NCBI GenBank assembly: GCA_964016885.1
Contig: OZ024763.1
Location: forward strand, 20,770,001-20,834,000
Direction of reading: 5' to 3'
DNA: 64,000 nt
DNA from: Eledone cirrhosa
Lineage: Eukaryota
The position numbers were made by a program, and so were the translations under genes. The number at the start of each line of letters is the position of its first letter. The stretch's first letter is position 1. Below are positions 39,201 through 52,789 of this stretch, piece after piece. Under the pieces are notes generated by a model. The model was not told where the DNA came from. It did not search any database and was given only the letters and a program-made list of their open reading frames with translations.

Positions 39201-42200
39201 CCCAGCTCTACCCCTTATTACACTATAAGGTGTGTCTCTCTTGATTCTGCCACACCCCAGCTGTACCCCTTACTTACACTATTATGTGTGTCTCTCTTGA
39301 CTCTACCACACCCCAGCTGCACCCCTTACTTACACTATCAGGTGTGTCTCTCTTGACTCTACCACACCCCAGCTGTACCCCTTAATTACACTATAAGGTG
39401 TGTCTCTCTTGACTCTACCACCCCCCAGCTGTACCCCTTATTACACTATAAGGTGTGTCTCTCTTTACTCTACCACACCCCAGCTGTACACCTTATTACA
39501 TTATAAGGGGTGTCTCTCTTGACTCTACCACTCTCCAGCTGTACCCCTTACTTACACTATAAGGTGTGTCTCTCTTGACTCTACCACATCCCAGCTGTAC
39601 CCCTTACACCATAAGGTGTGTCTCTCTTGACTCTACCACACCCCAGCTGTACCCCTTACTTACACTATATGGTGTGTCTCTCTTGACTCTACCACACCCC
39701 AGCTGTACCCCTTACTTACACTATAACGTGTGTCTCTCTTGACTCTACCACACCCCAGCTGTACCCCTTACTTACACTATAAGGTGTGTCTCTCTTGACC
39801 CTACCACACCCCAGCTGTACCCCTTACTTACACAATAAGGTGTCTCTCTCTTGACTCTACCACACCCCAGCTGTACCCCTTACTTACACTATAAGGTATG
39901 TATCTCTTGACTCTACCACACCCTAGATGTAGCCCTTACTTACACTATAAGGTGTGTCTCTCTTGACTCTACCACACCCCAGCTGTACCCCTTACTTACA
40001 CTATAAGGTGTGTCTCTCTTGACTCTACCACACCCCAGCTGTCCCCCTTACTTACACTATATGGTGTGTCTCTCTTGACTCTACCACACCCCAGCTGTAC
40101 CCCTTACTTACACTATAAGGTATGTATCTCTTGACTCTACCACACCCTAGATGTAGCCCTTACTTACACTATAAGGTGTGTCGCTCTTGACTGTACCACA
40201 CCCTAGCTGTACCCCTTACTTACACTATAAGGTGTGTCTCTCTTGATTCTACCACACCCCAGCTGTACCCCTTACTTACACTATAAGGTGTGTCTCTTGA
40301 TTCTACCACACCTTAGCTGTATCCCTTACTTACACTATAAGGTGTGTCTCTCTTGACTCTACCACACCCCAGCTGTACCCCTTACTTACACTATAAGGTG
40401 TGTCTCTTGACTGTACCACACCCTAGCTGTACCCCTTACTTACACTATAAGGTGTGTCTCTCTTGACTCTACCACACCCCAGCTGTACGCCTTACTTACA
40501 CTATAAGGTGTGTCTCTCTTGACTCTACCACACCCCAGCTGTACCCCTTACTTACACTATAAGGTGTGTCTCTCTCGACTCTACCACACCTCAGCTGTAC
40601 CCCTTATTACACTATATGGTGTGTCTCTCTTGACTCTACCACACCCCAGCTGTACCCCTTACTTACACTATAACGTGTGTCTCTCTTGACTCTACCACAC
40701 CCCAGCTGTACCCCTTACTTACACTATAAGGTGTGTCTCTCTTGACTCTACCACACCCCAGCTGTCCCCCTTACTTACACTATATGGTGTGTCTCTCTTG
40801 ACTCTACCACACCCCAGCTGAAACCCCTTACTTACACTATCAGGTGTGTCTCTCTTGACTCTACCACACCCCAGCTGTACCCCTTATTACACTATATGGT
40901 GTGTCTCTCTTGACTCTACCACACCCCAGCTGTACCCCTTACTTACACTATGTGTGTCTCTCTTGACTCTACCACACCCCAGCCGTACCCCTTACTTACA
41001 CTATAAGGTGTGTCGCTCTTGACTCTACCACACCCCAGCTGTACCCATTACTTACACTATAAGGTGTGTCTCTCTTGACTCTACTACACCCCAGCTGTAC
41101 CCATTACTTACACTATAAGGTGTGTCTCTCTTGACTCTACCACACCCCAGCTGTACCCATTACTTACACTATAAGGTGTGTCTCTCTTGACTCTACCACA
41201 CCCCAGCTGTACCCCTTACTTACACTATAAGGTGTGTCTCTCTTGACTCTACCACACCCCAGCTGTACCCATTACTTACACTATAAGGTGTGTCTCTCTT
41301 GACTCTACCACACCCCAGCTGTACCCCTTACTTACACTATGTGTGTCTCTCTTGACTCTACCACACCCCAGCTGTACCCATTACTTACACTATAAGGTGT
41401 GTCGCTCTTGACTCTACCACACCCCAGCTGTACCCCTTACTTACACTATAAGGTGTGTCTCTCTTGACTCTACCACACCCCAGCTGTACCCCTTACTTAC
41501 ACTATGTGTGTCTCTCTTGACTCTACCACACCCCAGCTGTACCCATTACTTACACTATAAGGTGTGTCTCTCTTGACTCTACCACACCCCAGCTGTACCC
41601 ATTACTTACACTATAAGGTGTGTCTCTCTTGACTCTACCACACCCCAGCTGTACCCCTTACTTACACTATGTGTGTCTCTCTTGACTCTATCACACCCCA
41701 GCTGTACCTCTTACTTACACTATAAGGTGTGTCTCTCTTGACTCTACCACATCCCAGCTGTACCTCTTACTTACACTATATGGTGTGTCGCTCTTGACTC
41801 TACCACACCCCAGCTGTACCTCTTACTTACACTATAAGGTGTGTCTCACTTGACTCTACCACATCCCAGCTGTACCTCTTACTTACACTATAAGGTGTGT
41901 CTCTCTTGACTCTACCACATCCCAGCTGTACCTCATACTTACACTATATGGTGTGTCTCTCTTGACTCTACCACACCCCAGCTGTACCGCTTACTTACAC
42001 TATAAGGTGTGTCTTGACTCTACCACACCCCAGCTGTACCCCTTACTTACACTATAAGGTGTGTCTCTCTTAACTCTACCACACCCCAGCTGTACCCCTT
42101 ACTTCCACTATAAGGTGTGTCTCTTTTGACTCTACCACACCCCAGCTGTACACCTTACTTACACTATAAGGTGTGTCTCTTTTGACTCTACCACACCCTA

Positions 42201-45200
42201 GCTGTAGCCCTTCCTTACACTATATGGTGTGTCTCTCTTGACTCTACCACACCCCAGCTGTACCCCTTACTTACACTATAAGGTGTGTCGCTCTTGACTC
42301 TACCACACCCTAGCTGTAGCCCTTACTTACACTATAAGGTGTCTCTCTTGACTCTACCACACCCTAGCTGTACCGCTTACTTACACTATAAGGTGTGTCT
42401 TGACTCTACCACACCCCAGCTGTACTCCTTACTTACACTATAAGGTGTGTCTCTTTTGACTCTACCACACCCCAGCTGTACCCCTTACTTACACTATAAG
42501 GTGTGTCTCTCTTGACTGGAGCACACCCCAGCTGTACCCCCTATTACACTATAAGGTGTGTCTCTCTTGATTCTACCACACCCCAGCTGTACCCATTACT
42601 TACACTATAAGGTGTGTCGCTCTTGACTCTACCACACCCCAGCTGTACCCCTTACTTACACTATGTGTGTCTCTCTTGACTCTACCACACCCCAGCTGTA
42701 CCCATTACTTACACTATAAGGTGTGTCGCTCTTGACTCTACCACACCCCAGCTGTACCCCTTACTTACACTATAAGGTGTGTCTCTCTTGACTCTACCAC
42801 ACCCCAGCTGTACCCCTTACTTACACTATGTGTGTCCCTCTTGACTCTACCACACCCCAGCTGTACCCATTACTTACACTATAAGGTGTGTCTCTCTTGA
42901 CTCTACCACACCCCAGCTGTACCCATTACTTACACTATAAGGTGTGTCTCTCTTGACTCTACCACACCCCAGCTGTACCCCTTACTTACACTATGTGTGT
43001 CTCTCTTGACTCTATCACACCCCAGCTGTACCTCTTACTTACACTATAAGGTGTGTCTCTCTTGACTCTACCACATCCCAGCTGTACCTCTTACTTACAC
43101 TATATGGTGTGTCGCTCTTGACTCTACCACACCCCAGCTGTACCTCTTACTTACACTATAAGGTGTGTCTCTCTTGACTCTACCACATCCCAGCTGTACC
43201 TCTTACTTACACTATAAGGTGTGTCTCTCTTGACTCTACCACATCCCAGCTGTACCTCTTACTTACACTATATGGTGTGTCTCTCTTGACTCTACCACAC
43301 CCCAGCTGTACCGCTTACTTACACTATAAGGTGTGTCTTGACTCTACCACACCCCAGCTGTACCCCTTACTTACACTATAAGGTGTGTCTCTCTTAACTC
43401 TACCACACCCCAGCTGTACCCCTTACTTCCACTATAAGGTGTGTCTCTTTTGACTCTACCACACCCCAGCTGTACACCTTACTTACACTATAAGGTGTGT
43501 CTCTTTTGACTCTACCACACCCTAGCTGTAGCCCTTACTTACACTATATGGTGTGTCTCTCTTGACTCTACCACACCCCAGCTGTACCCCTTACTTACAC
43601 TATAAGGTGTGTCTCTCTTGACTGGACCACACCCCAGCTGTACCCCTTACTTACACTATATGGTGTGTCTCTCTTGACTCTACCACACCCCAGCTGTACC
43701 CATTACTTACACTATAAGGTGTGTCTCTCTTGACTGGACCACACCCCAGCTGTACCCCTTACTTACACTATAAGGTGTGTCTCTCTTGACTCTACCACAC
43801 CCCAGCTGTACCCCTTACTTACACTATTATGTGTGTCTCTCTTGACTCTACCACACCCCAGCTGTACCCCTTACTTACACTATAAGGTGTGTCTCTCTTG
43901 ACTCTACCACACCCCAGCTGTACCCCTTATTTACACTATAAGGTGTGTCTCTCTTGACTCTACCACACCCCAGCTGTACCCCTTACTTACACTATTATGT
44001 GTGTCTCTCTTGACTCTACCACACCCCAGCTGTACCCCTTATTACACTATATGGTGTGTCTCTCATGACTCTACCACACCCCAGCTGTACCCCTTACTTA
44101 CACTATGTGTGTCGCTCTTGACTCTACCACACCCCAGCTGTACCCCTTACTTACACTATGTGTGTCTCTCTTGACTCTACCACACCCCAGCCGTACCCCT
44201 TACTTACACTATAAGGTGTCTCTCTTGACTCTACCACACCCTAGCTGTACCGCTTACTTACACTATAAGGTGTGTCTTGACTCTACCACACCCCAGCTGT
44301 ACTCCTTACTTACACTATAAGGTGTGTCTCTTTTGACTCTACCACACCCCAGCTGTACCCCTTACTTACACTATAAGGTGTGTCTCTCTTGACTGGAGCA
44401 CACCCCAGCTGTACCCCCTATTACACTATAAGGTGTGTCTCTCTTGATTCTACCACACCCCAGCTGTACCCATTACTTACACTATAAGGTGTGTCGCTCT
44501 TGACTCTACCACACCCTAGCTGTAGCCCTTACTTACACTATAAGGTGTCTCTCTTGACTCTACCACACCCCAGCTGTACCGCTAACTTACACTATAAGGT
44601 GTGTCTTGACTCTACCACACCTCAGCTGTACCCCTTATTACACTATATGGTGTGTCTCTCTTGACTCTACCACACCCCAGCTGTACCCCTTACTTACACT
44701 ATAAGGTGTGTCTCTCTTGACTCTACCACACCCCAGCTGTATCCCTTACTTACACTATAAGGTGTGTCTCTTGACTGTACCACACCCTAGCTGTACCCCT
44801 TACTTACACTATAAGGTGTGTCTCTCTTGATTCTACCACACCCCAGCTGTATCCCTTACTTACACTATAAGGTGTGTCTCTCTTGACTCTACCACACCCC
44901 AGCTGTACCCCTTACTTACACTATAAGGTGTGTCTCTCTTGACTCTACCACACCCCAGCTGTACCCCTTACTTACACTATAAGGTGTCTCTCTCTTGACT
45001 CTACCACACCTCAGCTGTACCCCTTATTACACTATATGGTGTGTCTCTCTTGACTCTACCACACCCCAGCTGTACCCCTTACACTATAAGGTGTATCTCT
45101 CTTGATTCTACCCCACCCCAGCTGTACCCCTTACACTATAAGGTGTGTCTCTCTTGATTCTACCACACCCCAGCTGTACCCCTTACTTACACTATAAGGT

Positions 45201-45470
45201 GTCTCTCTCTTGACTCTACCGCACCCTAGCTGTACCCCTTACTTACACTATAAGGTGTGTCTCTCTTAACTCGACCACACCCTAGCTGTACCCCTTACTT
45301 ACACTACAAGGTGTGTCTCTCTTGACTCTACCACACCCCAGCTGTACCCCTTACTTACACTATAAGGTGTATCTCTCTTGATTCTTCCACACCCCAGCTG
45401 TACCCCTTACTTACACTATAAGGTGTGTCTCTCTTGACTCTACCACACCCTAGCTCTACCCTCACACTAT
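30228..45470. repeat. 15.2-kb intronic satellite, 56-bp unit (52-55-bp variants), roughly 275 copies
   Basis: Unit cttacttacactataaggtgtgtctctcttgactctaccacaccccagctgtaccc; period read at 30781/30837. Confidence 0.98.
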
Positions 45471-45492
45471 TTGTATATCTTTCTACCCACAG

Positions 45493-45639
45493 GTACGTGA
45501 ATATGTTCGCTGTTACTTGGGAGATAACAAAGTTGCTGCTGATTTTACTCGCCTCTTTCTTGAGAAACGAAGCACACTGAAGAAAGGGGCCCAACACACA
45601 AACCAATCAAACCGAAAATCCCAACCACCACAAGAAGAG
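45493..45639 (+). CDS. GIGYF2: GIGYF exon
   Basis: [26 protein letters not shown] resembles GIGYF2 VHDYIRAYLGD...FAKQFLERR; donor GTGTGC. Confidence 0.88.
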
Positions 45640-45732
45640 GTGTGCAACAGTTTTTATATATGTTTGCAGCGGGGGGGGGGGGGGGGGGGGGTCTAGAAAT
45701 GGGAAGTTACTCTCTGTGCATGTATGTGTGTG

Positions 45733-46187
<455 letters not shown>

Positions 46188-46246
46188 ACATATATATATA
46201 TGTGTATGTCTGTGTGCATTATATGTATGTGTGTGCTGATGATGAA

Positions 46247-46515
46247 AAACTAGAGCTGGAGCTTCCCAAAAGTCAGCTCAAAGGTAATGCAGGAGACAGG
46301 TTAGCTGGACATGCTTGCCGACATTCAGAGTTGACACTGCACTCAGTGGTCTTGTGGGAGCCCCTACATGGATATACTGGAAGAGGGAGACATATGTTGA
46401 TGCCCTTAGCACACACAGGTCTCTGGGACTCACGGGACATGGTGGCAATGATGAATCACCGACATCGCTGAAAACTCGTCCAAGGATCCTGGGGAGTTTT
46501 ACCCGCCCCAGATAT
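46247..46515 (+). mobile_element. Degraded RTE/RTE-X-like LINE 3' end
   Basis: RLAGHACRHSEL...VVLWEPLHG..GRGR motif; same family at 57190-57312 (-). Confidence 0.65.
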
Positions 46516-46539
46516 AGAGAGATCATTGTATATATATGC

Positions 46540-46915
46540 TTGGGGATCCAGCCAGATCTTTTGGAAAGGGTGGATCTTCCTTGGGGATCCAGCTGGATCA
46601 TTTGGGGAGTGTTGGTGTTGCTTGAAGATCCACTTGGCTGGGTCATTTGGAGAAGGTTGGTCTTACTTGGGGAACCAGCTGGCTGGATCATTTGGAAAGG
46701 GTCAGTGTTGCTTGGTGACTCAGCTGGCCAGATCATTTAGAGAGAGTTGGAGATCCAGCCTGATCATTTGGGGAGGGTCGGTGCTAGTTAGGGAATTCAG
46801 TTGGCCGGATCATATGGAGAATGTTACTTCTGGTAGTGTTCTCTAGATGGCGTTTCTGAGGCGACTCTGCTTCCACAACTCTCTCAGGGGGAGGAATTAG
46901 TGGATGAAGGAAGAA
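46540..46915. repeat. Unclassified dispersed repeat with an internal tandem unit of about 40 bp (x6)
   Basis: Repeated gatccagctggatcatttgg; related reverse copy at about 18200-18345. Confidence 0.6.
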
Positions 46916-47380
46916 GGTTGGATGTGTAGATCACAGGTGGGGGTAGGAGGGGTTTGTTACCAGCATAATGGCTAGGGGCTTTGATAATATTTGTATTGCT
47001 GGAAAAGGGCCGTTTCAGTGGAGAAGTGAAGAAGTACAGCTCAGCATTTAGTCTTGGAACATCTGAATTGATCCAACGGAATAGCTTTGTCTTTGCTTTC
47101 ATATATATATACACTCTTTTATTCTTTTACTGGTTTCAGTTATCAGACTGCGGCCATGCTGGGGCATCACCTTGGTGGGATTAAGTCGATCATGTTGACT
47201 CCCCAGTGTACTTAATGTTTCAAGTCTGGTACTTATTTTATTGATCTCTTTGTTGAATTGCTAAGTCACAGGACATTAACAAACACTAAATGTAAACATA
47301 GACACAATACATATACATTCATACATACATATATACAGACATATATATATACCCACATACATATATACATGCACAAATAC

Positions 47381-50160
47381 ATAGATTATATCCTTACCAG
47401 AAGACGTGACAGAGTGTCTGTTGTAAACACTAAATCCCTCCCCCATGAAGAATGCACCTCCCAACATAGACTGATAATTAGCGACCTCATAGTCAGGACG
47501 AGACGTAGTAGACAGCAGAAGAGGACTATCCTCAGGAGAAAAATATGGAAGCTAAAGGACCCCACAGCCAGAAATAAATTTCAAAGCATATTACTTGATG
47601 CTTTCGACAGTAAGGAAGAGCATTTAGAGTCGGACAATATAGAGGGACAGTGGGAATTCCTGAAAGCAAACCTGCTGATGGCGACAGACGAAGTCTGTGG
47701 CTGGAGCAGGCCTGTAGGCAGGAGGAGAGTAACATGGTGGTGGAACAGTAGGGTGGAGGGGTCAATTAAGGCCAAAAAGCAGGCTTGGAAAGTATGGCGG
47801 GATGGGGGAAGTAGAGAAGACTATCAAATGGCTATGAGGGAGGCTAGGAGATAAGTGTACTTCGCAAGAAGGGAAGCAGAGGAAAGAAAGTTCAAGCATG
47901 TTCTACAACGCGAGGACCAAAAACGTGAGGTGTTCAGGATTGCTAGGCAATGTGTCAAGGAAAACCGTGATATTGTCGGGGAGAAGTGTGTACTTAATGA
48001 TGACGGCGTACTTGCCATCACCGACGCTGATAAGAAGGTAGCTTGGAAGTGCCACTATGAAAGGCTACTAAATGAGGAGAATAAATGGGAGAAAGACAGT
48101 CTCCCCCACATCGACCCAATAGAGGGACCAGCAGTGTTAGTCGAGGGTAGTATAATAAGTAAGGCAATCAAGGATATGAAGACGGGTAAGGCGGCTGGGC
48201 CTTCGGAAATAGTTGCTGAGATGCTGAAGGCATCTGGCTCGGTGGGACACACCTTGGTCACCCGGATAGTTAACCAAGTCGTACAGAATGGGGTTGTTCC
48301 GAAGGACTGGCATAGCAGCATCATTGTTAACTGTTATAAGGGTAAAGGAGATGCCCTAGATAGGAGTAACTATAGAGGCATTAAACTAATCGACCAGGTC
48401 ATGAAGGTCACGGAAAAAGTAATAGCGCAACTAATCAGAGAGAGAATTGACCTAGATGAAATGCACTTCGGGTTTGTGTCAGGCAAAAGTACCACAGACG
48501 CTCTTTTCATTGTACGTCAACTACAGGAGAAGTACCTAGCTAAAGGTAAACCCCTCTACTTAGCTTTTGTCGACTTGGAGAAAGAGTCCCCTGTTCCATT
48601 ATCTGGTGGGCCCTTAGAAAACTAGGTGTCGACGAATGGCTTGTGAGAGCTATACAAGCCATGTATAAAGAAACTGTCAGCAAGGTTAGAATTAACAACG
48701 AATATAGTGAACAGTTTAGCGTAAAAGTTGGCGTCCATCAGGGCTCTGTTCTCAGCCCCCTACTATTTATTATTGCCCTTCAGGCTATAACAGAGGAGTT
48801 CAAGACCGGCTGCCCATGGGAACTCCTATACGCAGACGACCTGACACTCATAGCTGAATCAATGGCCGAGCTAGAGAAGAAATTCCAAACATGGAAGCAC
48901 GGCCTAGAATCAAAAGGCCTTAAAATTAACCTGGCTAAGACTAAAGTTCTAGTTTGTAGGAAAGAAAATAAGGCGGCGGTCCCTTCCGGGAAATGGCCAT
49001 GCTCAGTGTGTAAGAAAGGCGTAGGTAGAAACTCCATTTTATGTCCCAAATGCAAAGTATGGGTGCATAAAAGATGTAGTGGGATCACAGGTAAGCTGAC
49101 TAAGAACATAGATTTTACATGTGGCCGGTGCTCTGGTGCAATAAGTAGCAGCGAGTGCCCACAAAATACTAACTCTTTCAATTGCGCATAGGCCTCTATA
49201 GAAATAGTGGACAGCTTCCGTTACCTGGGTGACAAAATCAGCAGTGGGGGAGGGTGCTCCGAAAGTACAGTAGCTAGAGTCAGAACTGGATGGAAAAAGT
49301 TCAGAGAGCTTATACCACTATTAGCCGCTAAAGGGTTCTCCCTAAAAATGAAAGGCAGGTTGTATGATGCCTGCATACGAACAGCAATGTTGCATGGCAG
49401 TGAGACCTGGGCATTGTGTGCAGAAGATATACGCAGACTAGAGAGGAACGAAGCTTGCATGCTCCGCTGGATGTGTAATAGTAATATACGTGAACGGCAA
49501 AGCATAAACGAACTAAGGAAAAAATTAGAAATAAGAGGGATCAGATGTTGTTTACTCGAGAGAAGGCTACGTTGGTACGGACACGTGATGCGCATGAAGG
49601 ACGATAGCTGTATAACAAAGTGCAGGGCAATAAAGATAGACGGTAGCCACGGAATAGGCAGACCTAGAAAATCCTGGGACGAGCTGATAAACTCCGACCT
49701 CACACACTTACACCTCTCCAAGACAATGTCACTGGACCGAGACCTTTGGCGGTACTCAGTAATAGAGAAGACCCGCCTTACCTAAATACATAGTAAAACC
49801 TACTACAGCCAGTAGGCATCTCTAACAACCCCGTCCCACCACCCCCATCCACACCACCCCCTCCTATGTAAAGTTATGTTGGTGCCACAACATCCAGGCC
49901 GAAACAAATGAGATTGTGTAGGTGTCACGACAAAAAACACACAGTCCACGCTGTAATGTGGCCGTGTAGGCAACCCGGTAAAAACCTCCCAGTCCCACAC
50001 TGTAAATGTGGTTGGTGTTAGGAAGGGCATCCAACTGTAGAAAACCTGCCAGACAGTCCTATGCGAGCAAGACAATCACTCTTGCCTCAAGTGGGAATAC
50101 CCCCGTCCAAACCCATGCAAGCGTGGAACACGGACGTTAAACGTTGATGATGATGATGAT
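47381..50160 (+). mobile_element. RTE subfamily B, 5'-truncated in APE, disrupted
   Basis: Collinear with 27072-29468; YADD present; full 3' UTR and (GAT)n tail. Confidence 0.95.
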
Positions 50161-50244
50161 ACAATATATATAGACATATATATATATATACATACACATG
50201 CATAAATACACATACAATATATATAGACATATATATAATTTCTT

Positions 50245-50568
50245 TTTACGTCCACTTTTCCCTGCTTGCAAGGGTGGGACGGAAACTGATGCTGGCATGA
50301 TTTCTACAGCTGGATGCCCTTCCTAACACCAACCTCATTTACAGTGAGTGCTGGGTGCTTTTTTGCCGTGGCACCTCCACGACCACTTTGCAGTGGAATG
50401 ATAGGGATCCCAGTCCCTATCATCTCATTTCTACAGCTGAGTAAACTGGAGCAATGTGAAATAAAGTGTCTTGCTGAAGGAAACGACACATCACCCAGTC
50501 TGAGAATTGAACTCACAACCTTTCGATTGCAAGGCCAATGCTCTAACCACTAAGCCATGTGCCTCCAT
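50245..50568 (-). mobile_element. SINE family 1
   Basis: Reverse copy of 45842-46187. Confidence 0.9.
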
Positions 50569-51376
50569 ATATATATATATACACATGCATATATATACAC
50601 ATCCATATATATATATATATACACATGCATAAATACACATATATACATACATATATATATATATACACTCATACATATACATTCATACATACATATATGC
50701 ACACATACATATATATACAAACAATATATATAGACATACACACATGCATAAATACACATACATACATACATTCAACCATACATACAACAGAGTTTGCTAC
50801 ATTTTCTAACCACCAAATTTCACTCTCCAGACTCTGGTCAATATGAAGCTACAGCAAAACCAACATAGATACATACCTTTTGTTGTTACACAGTAAAATT
50901 GACATAGATACATTTTGTTGTTACTCAGTAAAACTGACATACAAACATTTTGTTGTTATACAGTAAAACCGAGTTATTTATGTTTTAAACTATTATTATT
51001 ATTATTTTTCACCTATCCTTTCTTGAACTATTTATATCATTCGGTAGTTTATGGAAGACCTGTAAAATACAAATTTGAAATACCTGAGGGAAAACTGGAG
51101 TAGAGTAAGAAAACAAAGACAACTGTTTAAAACCTTTACCTTATATTTCGAGGTTGGGACCTTTTTTTCCCCTCAGAAGAATGAAATGTCATTTGGAGTT
51201 GACAATGGGTGACATTCTATACTGTTTGTTGTCCAACACCAGATAACATTTTATTCCTCTGGAAGTCTTAACCTCTTTGAAATATCATGGCATTAGGAAC
51301 GGTGTCCGGCCATAGAAACGAAGTCCAAAACGGAGCACGTGAGTAGGATGTAGTCAGCTGACCAATCTAGCTTTAA

Positions 51377-51797
51377 CCCTTTAGCATTTACATTACTTTA
51401 TATTTACTTTTGTATTTTCATGGTAAAGGCTTTACCTCACATCATATCAAATCTATGAGATTTTGATATTATTTATGTTGAGAACAATACCTTAACATCA
51501 GTATGAGTGGACAATTTGAACAGAAAGATGAGAGAATTCTGACCAGATACGGCCAGTTTAAATGCTAAAGGGTTAATATGTAAACAGACTATAGTTTAAC
51601 CCTTTAGCATTTACATTACTCTATATTTACTTTTGTATTTTCGTGGTAAAGGATTTACCTCACATAATATCGAATCTATGAGATTTTGATATTATTTATG
51701 TTGAGGATAATACCTTAACATAAGTATGAATGGCCAGTTTGAACTGAAAAAGGTGAGAGAATTCTAGCCGGATGTGGCGGGTTTAAATGCTAAAGGG
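51377..51797 (+). mobile_element. Two tandem piggyBac-type MITEs of about 197 bp (51377-51572, 51600-51797)
   Basis: TIR ccctttagcattta / taaatgctaaaggg with TTAA on both sides; CCCT ends plus TTAA are piggyBac hallmarks. Confidence 0.85.
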
Positions 51798-52089
51798 TTA
51801 ATATGTAAACAGACTTGATTAATCCATGAAAACATTGAACAGGTTAAATGGTGATAAGGTAAAGGTTTAAACTGTTATTCTATTGTGCATTCCAGTTGAC
51901 AGGCTTGAGGCCATGCTGGGACACTGTCATTTTAAAATGTTTTTTTTACCGTATTTTATTTTGCTTTATTCCAGTTTTCCTCTTGTGTTTTGTAATTTGC
52001 ATTGTACCGGCTTTCTTTCAAAACAAACCCCTTACAATGTATTTGTTTTGCAAGGGTTTTTATATGAAATTGTATGTTGAAACAGATAT

Positions 52090-52392
52090 TGTTATATTTG
52101 GAGAGGGTCTGCCAGAAAAATATAGTAAAACACACTCACTGTTTGGTTTGGTTTACGCTTCAGTATATCTTTAAATTCCTATAAATACTTTAGGAGGCAA
52201 CATAGAAACATGATAATCACTGATGATGTTACAGTTGTGTGACAAAAGAAATCTGAGAAACTATATTTATATTTTTAAACTGTTGGTCAATCAATGATAA
52301 ACATTTTAAGAATATACTGAAGCGAAACTCAAACCAAAAGTGAGTGAGTTTTACTATATTTTTCTGGCAATATTAGGCTCCCCAAATCTAAC
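52090..52392. mobile_element. Small element with inverted arms of about 85 bp around a degenerate hammerhead core
   Basis: 52090-52175 is inversely repeated at 52304-52392; arm is homologous to 12687-12785 and 13031-13091. Confidence 0.6.
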
Positions 52393-52468
52393 CTGTTACT
52401 GCATATCTCGCAATAAGTATTGTACTAATATATTATTATTTTTTGTTTTAACTTTGGTGCAATTGTAG

Positions 52469-52789
52469 GAAAGCATCTGGGGCCCAGTTCGTAACACTGC
52501 CACTGAGTCTCACAGCAGCAACAGCATCAGTAACAACAACAACAACCACAACAACAACGATGCCAATAACTTGACCAACCAACAGGAACACTTGTCTGGC
52601 AGTGGCGGCGGCAGCAACAACAACAACAACAGCAACAAGAGCAGCAGCAGCAGTAGCAGCAAGAGTAACAAAAAGAAGAAACGCATGCAGAAGTTGGACA
52701 CCAGTGTTCTAGGGTTCACCGTCCATGCTGCTTCGGACAGATTCAATGTCGGATCGATCGATTCCGTGACTCAGGCACAGAGCAAGTGA
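52469..52789 (+). CDS. GIGYF2: GIGYF terminal coding exon
   Basis: KKKKRMQKLDTSVLGFTVHAASDRFNVGSID matches the GIGYF C-terminal signature (DPSLLGFSVNASSERLNMGEIE); TGA at 52787-52789. Confidence 0.9.
   Translation, partial: ESIWGPVRNTATESHSSNSISNNNNNHNNNDANNLTNQQEHLSGSGGGSNNNNNSNKSSSSSSSKSNKKKKRMQKLDTSVLGFTVHAASDRFNVGSIDSVTQAQSK

Noticed and set aside
30228-45470. CRISPR-like regular array
   Set aside because: Head-to-tail repeats with no unique spacers and no cas genes; eukaryotic intron
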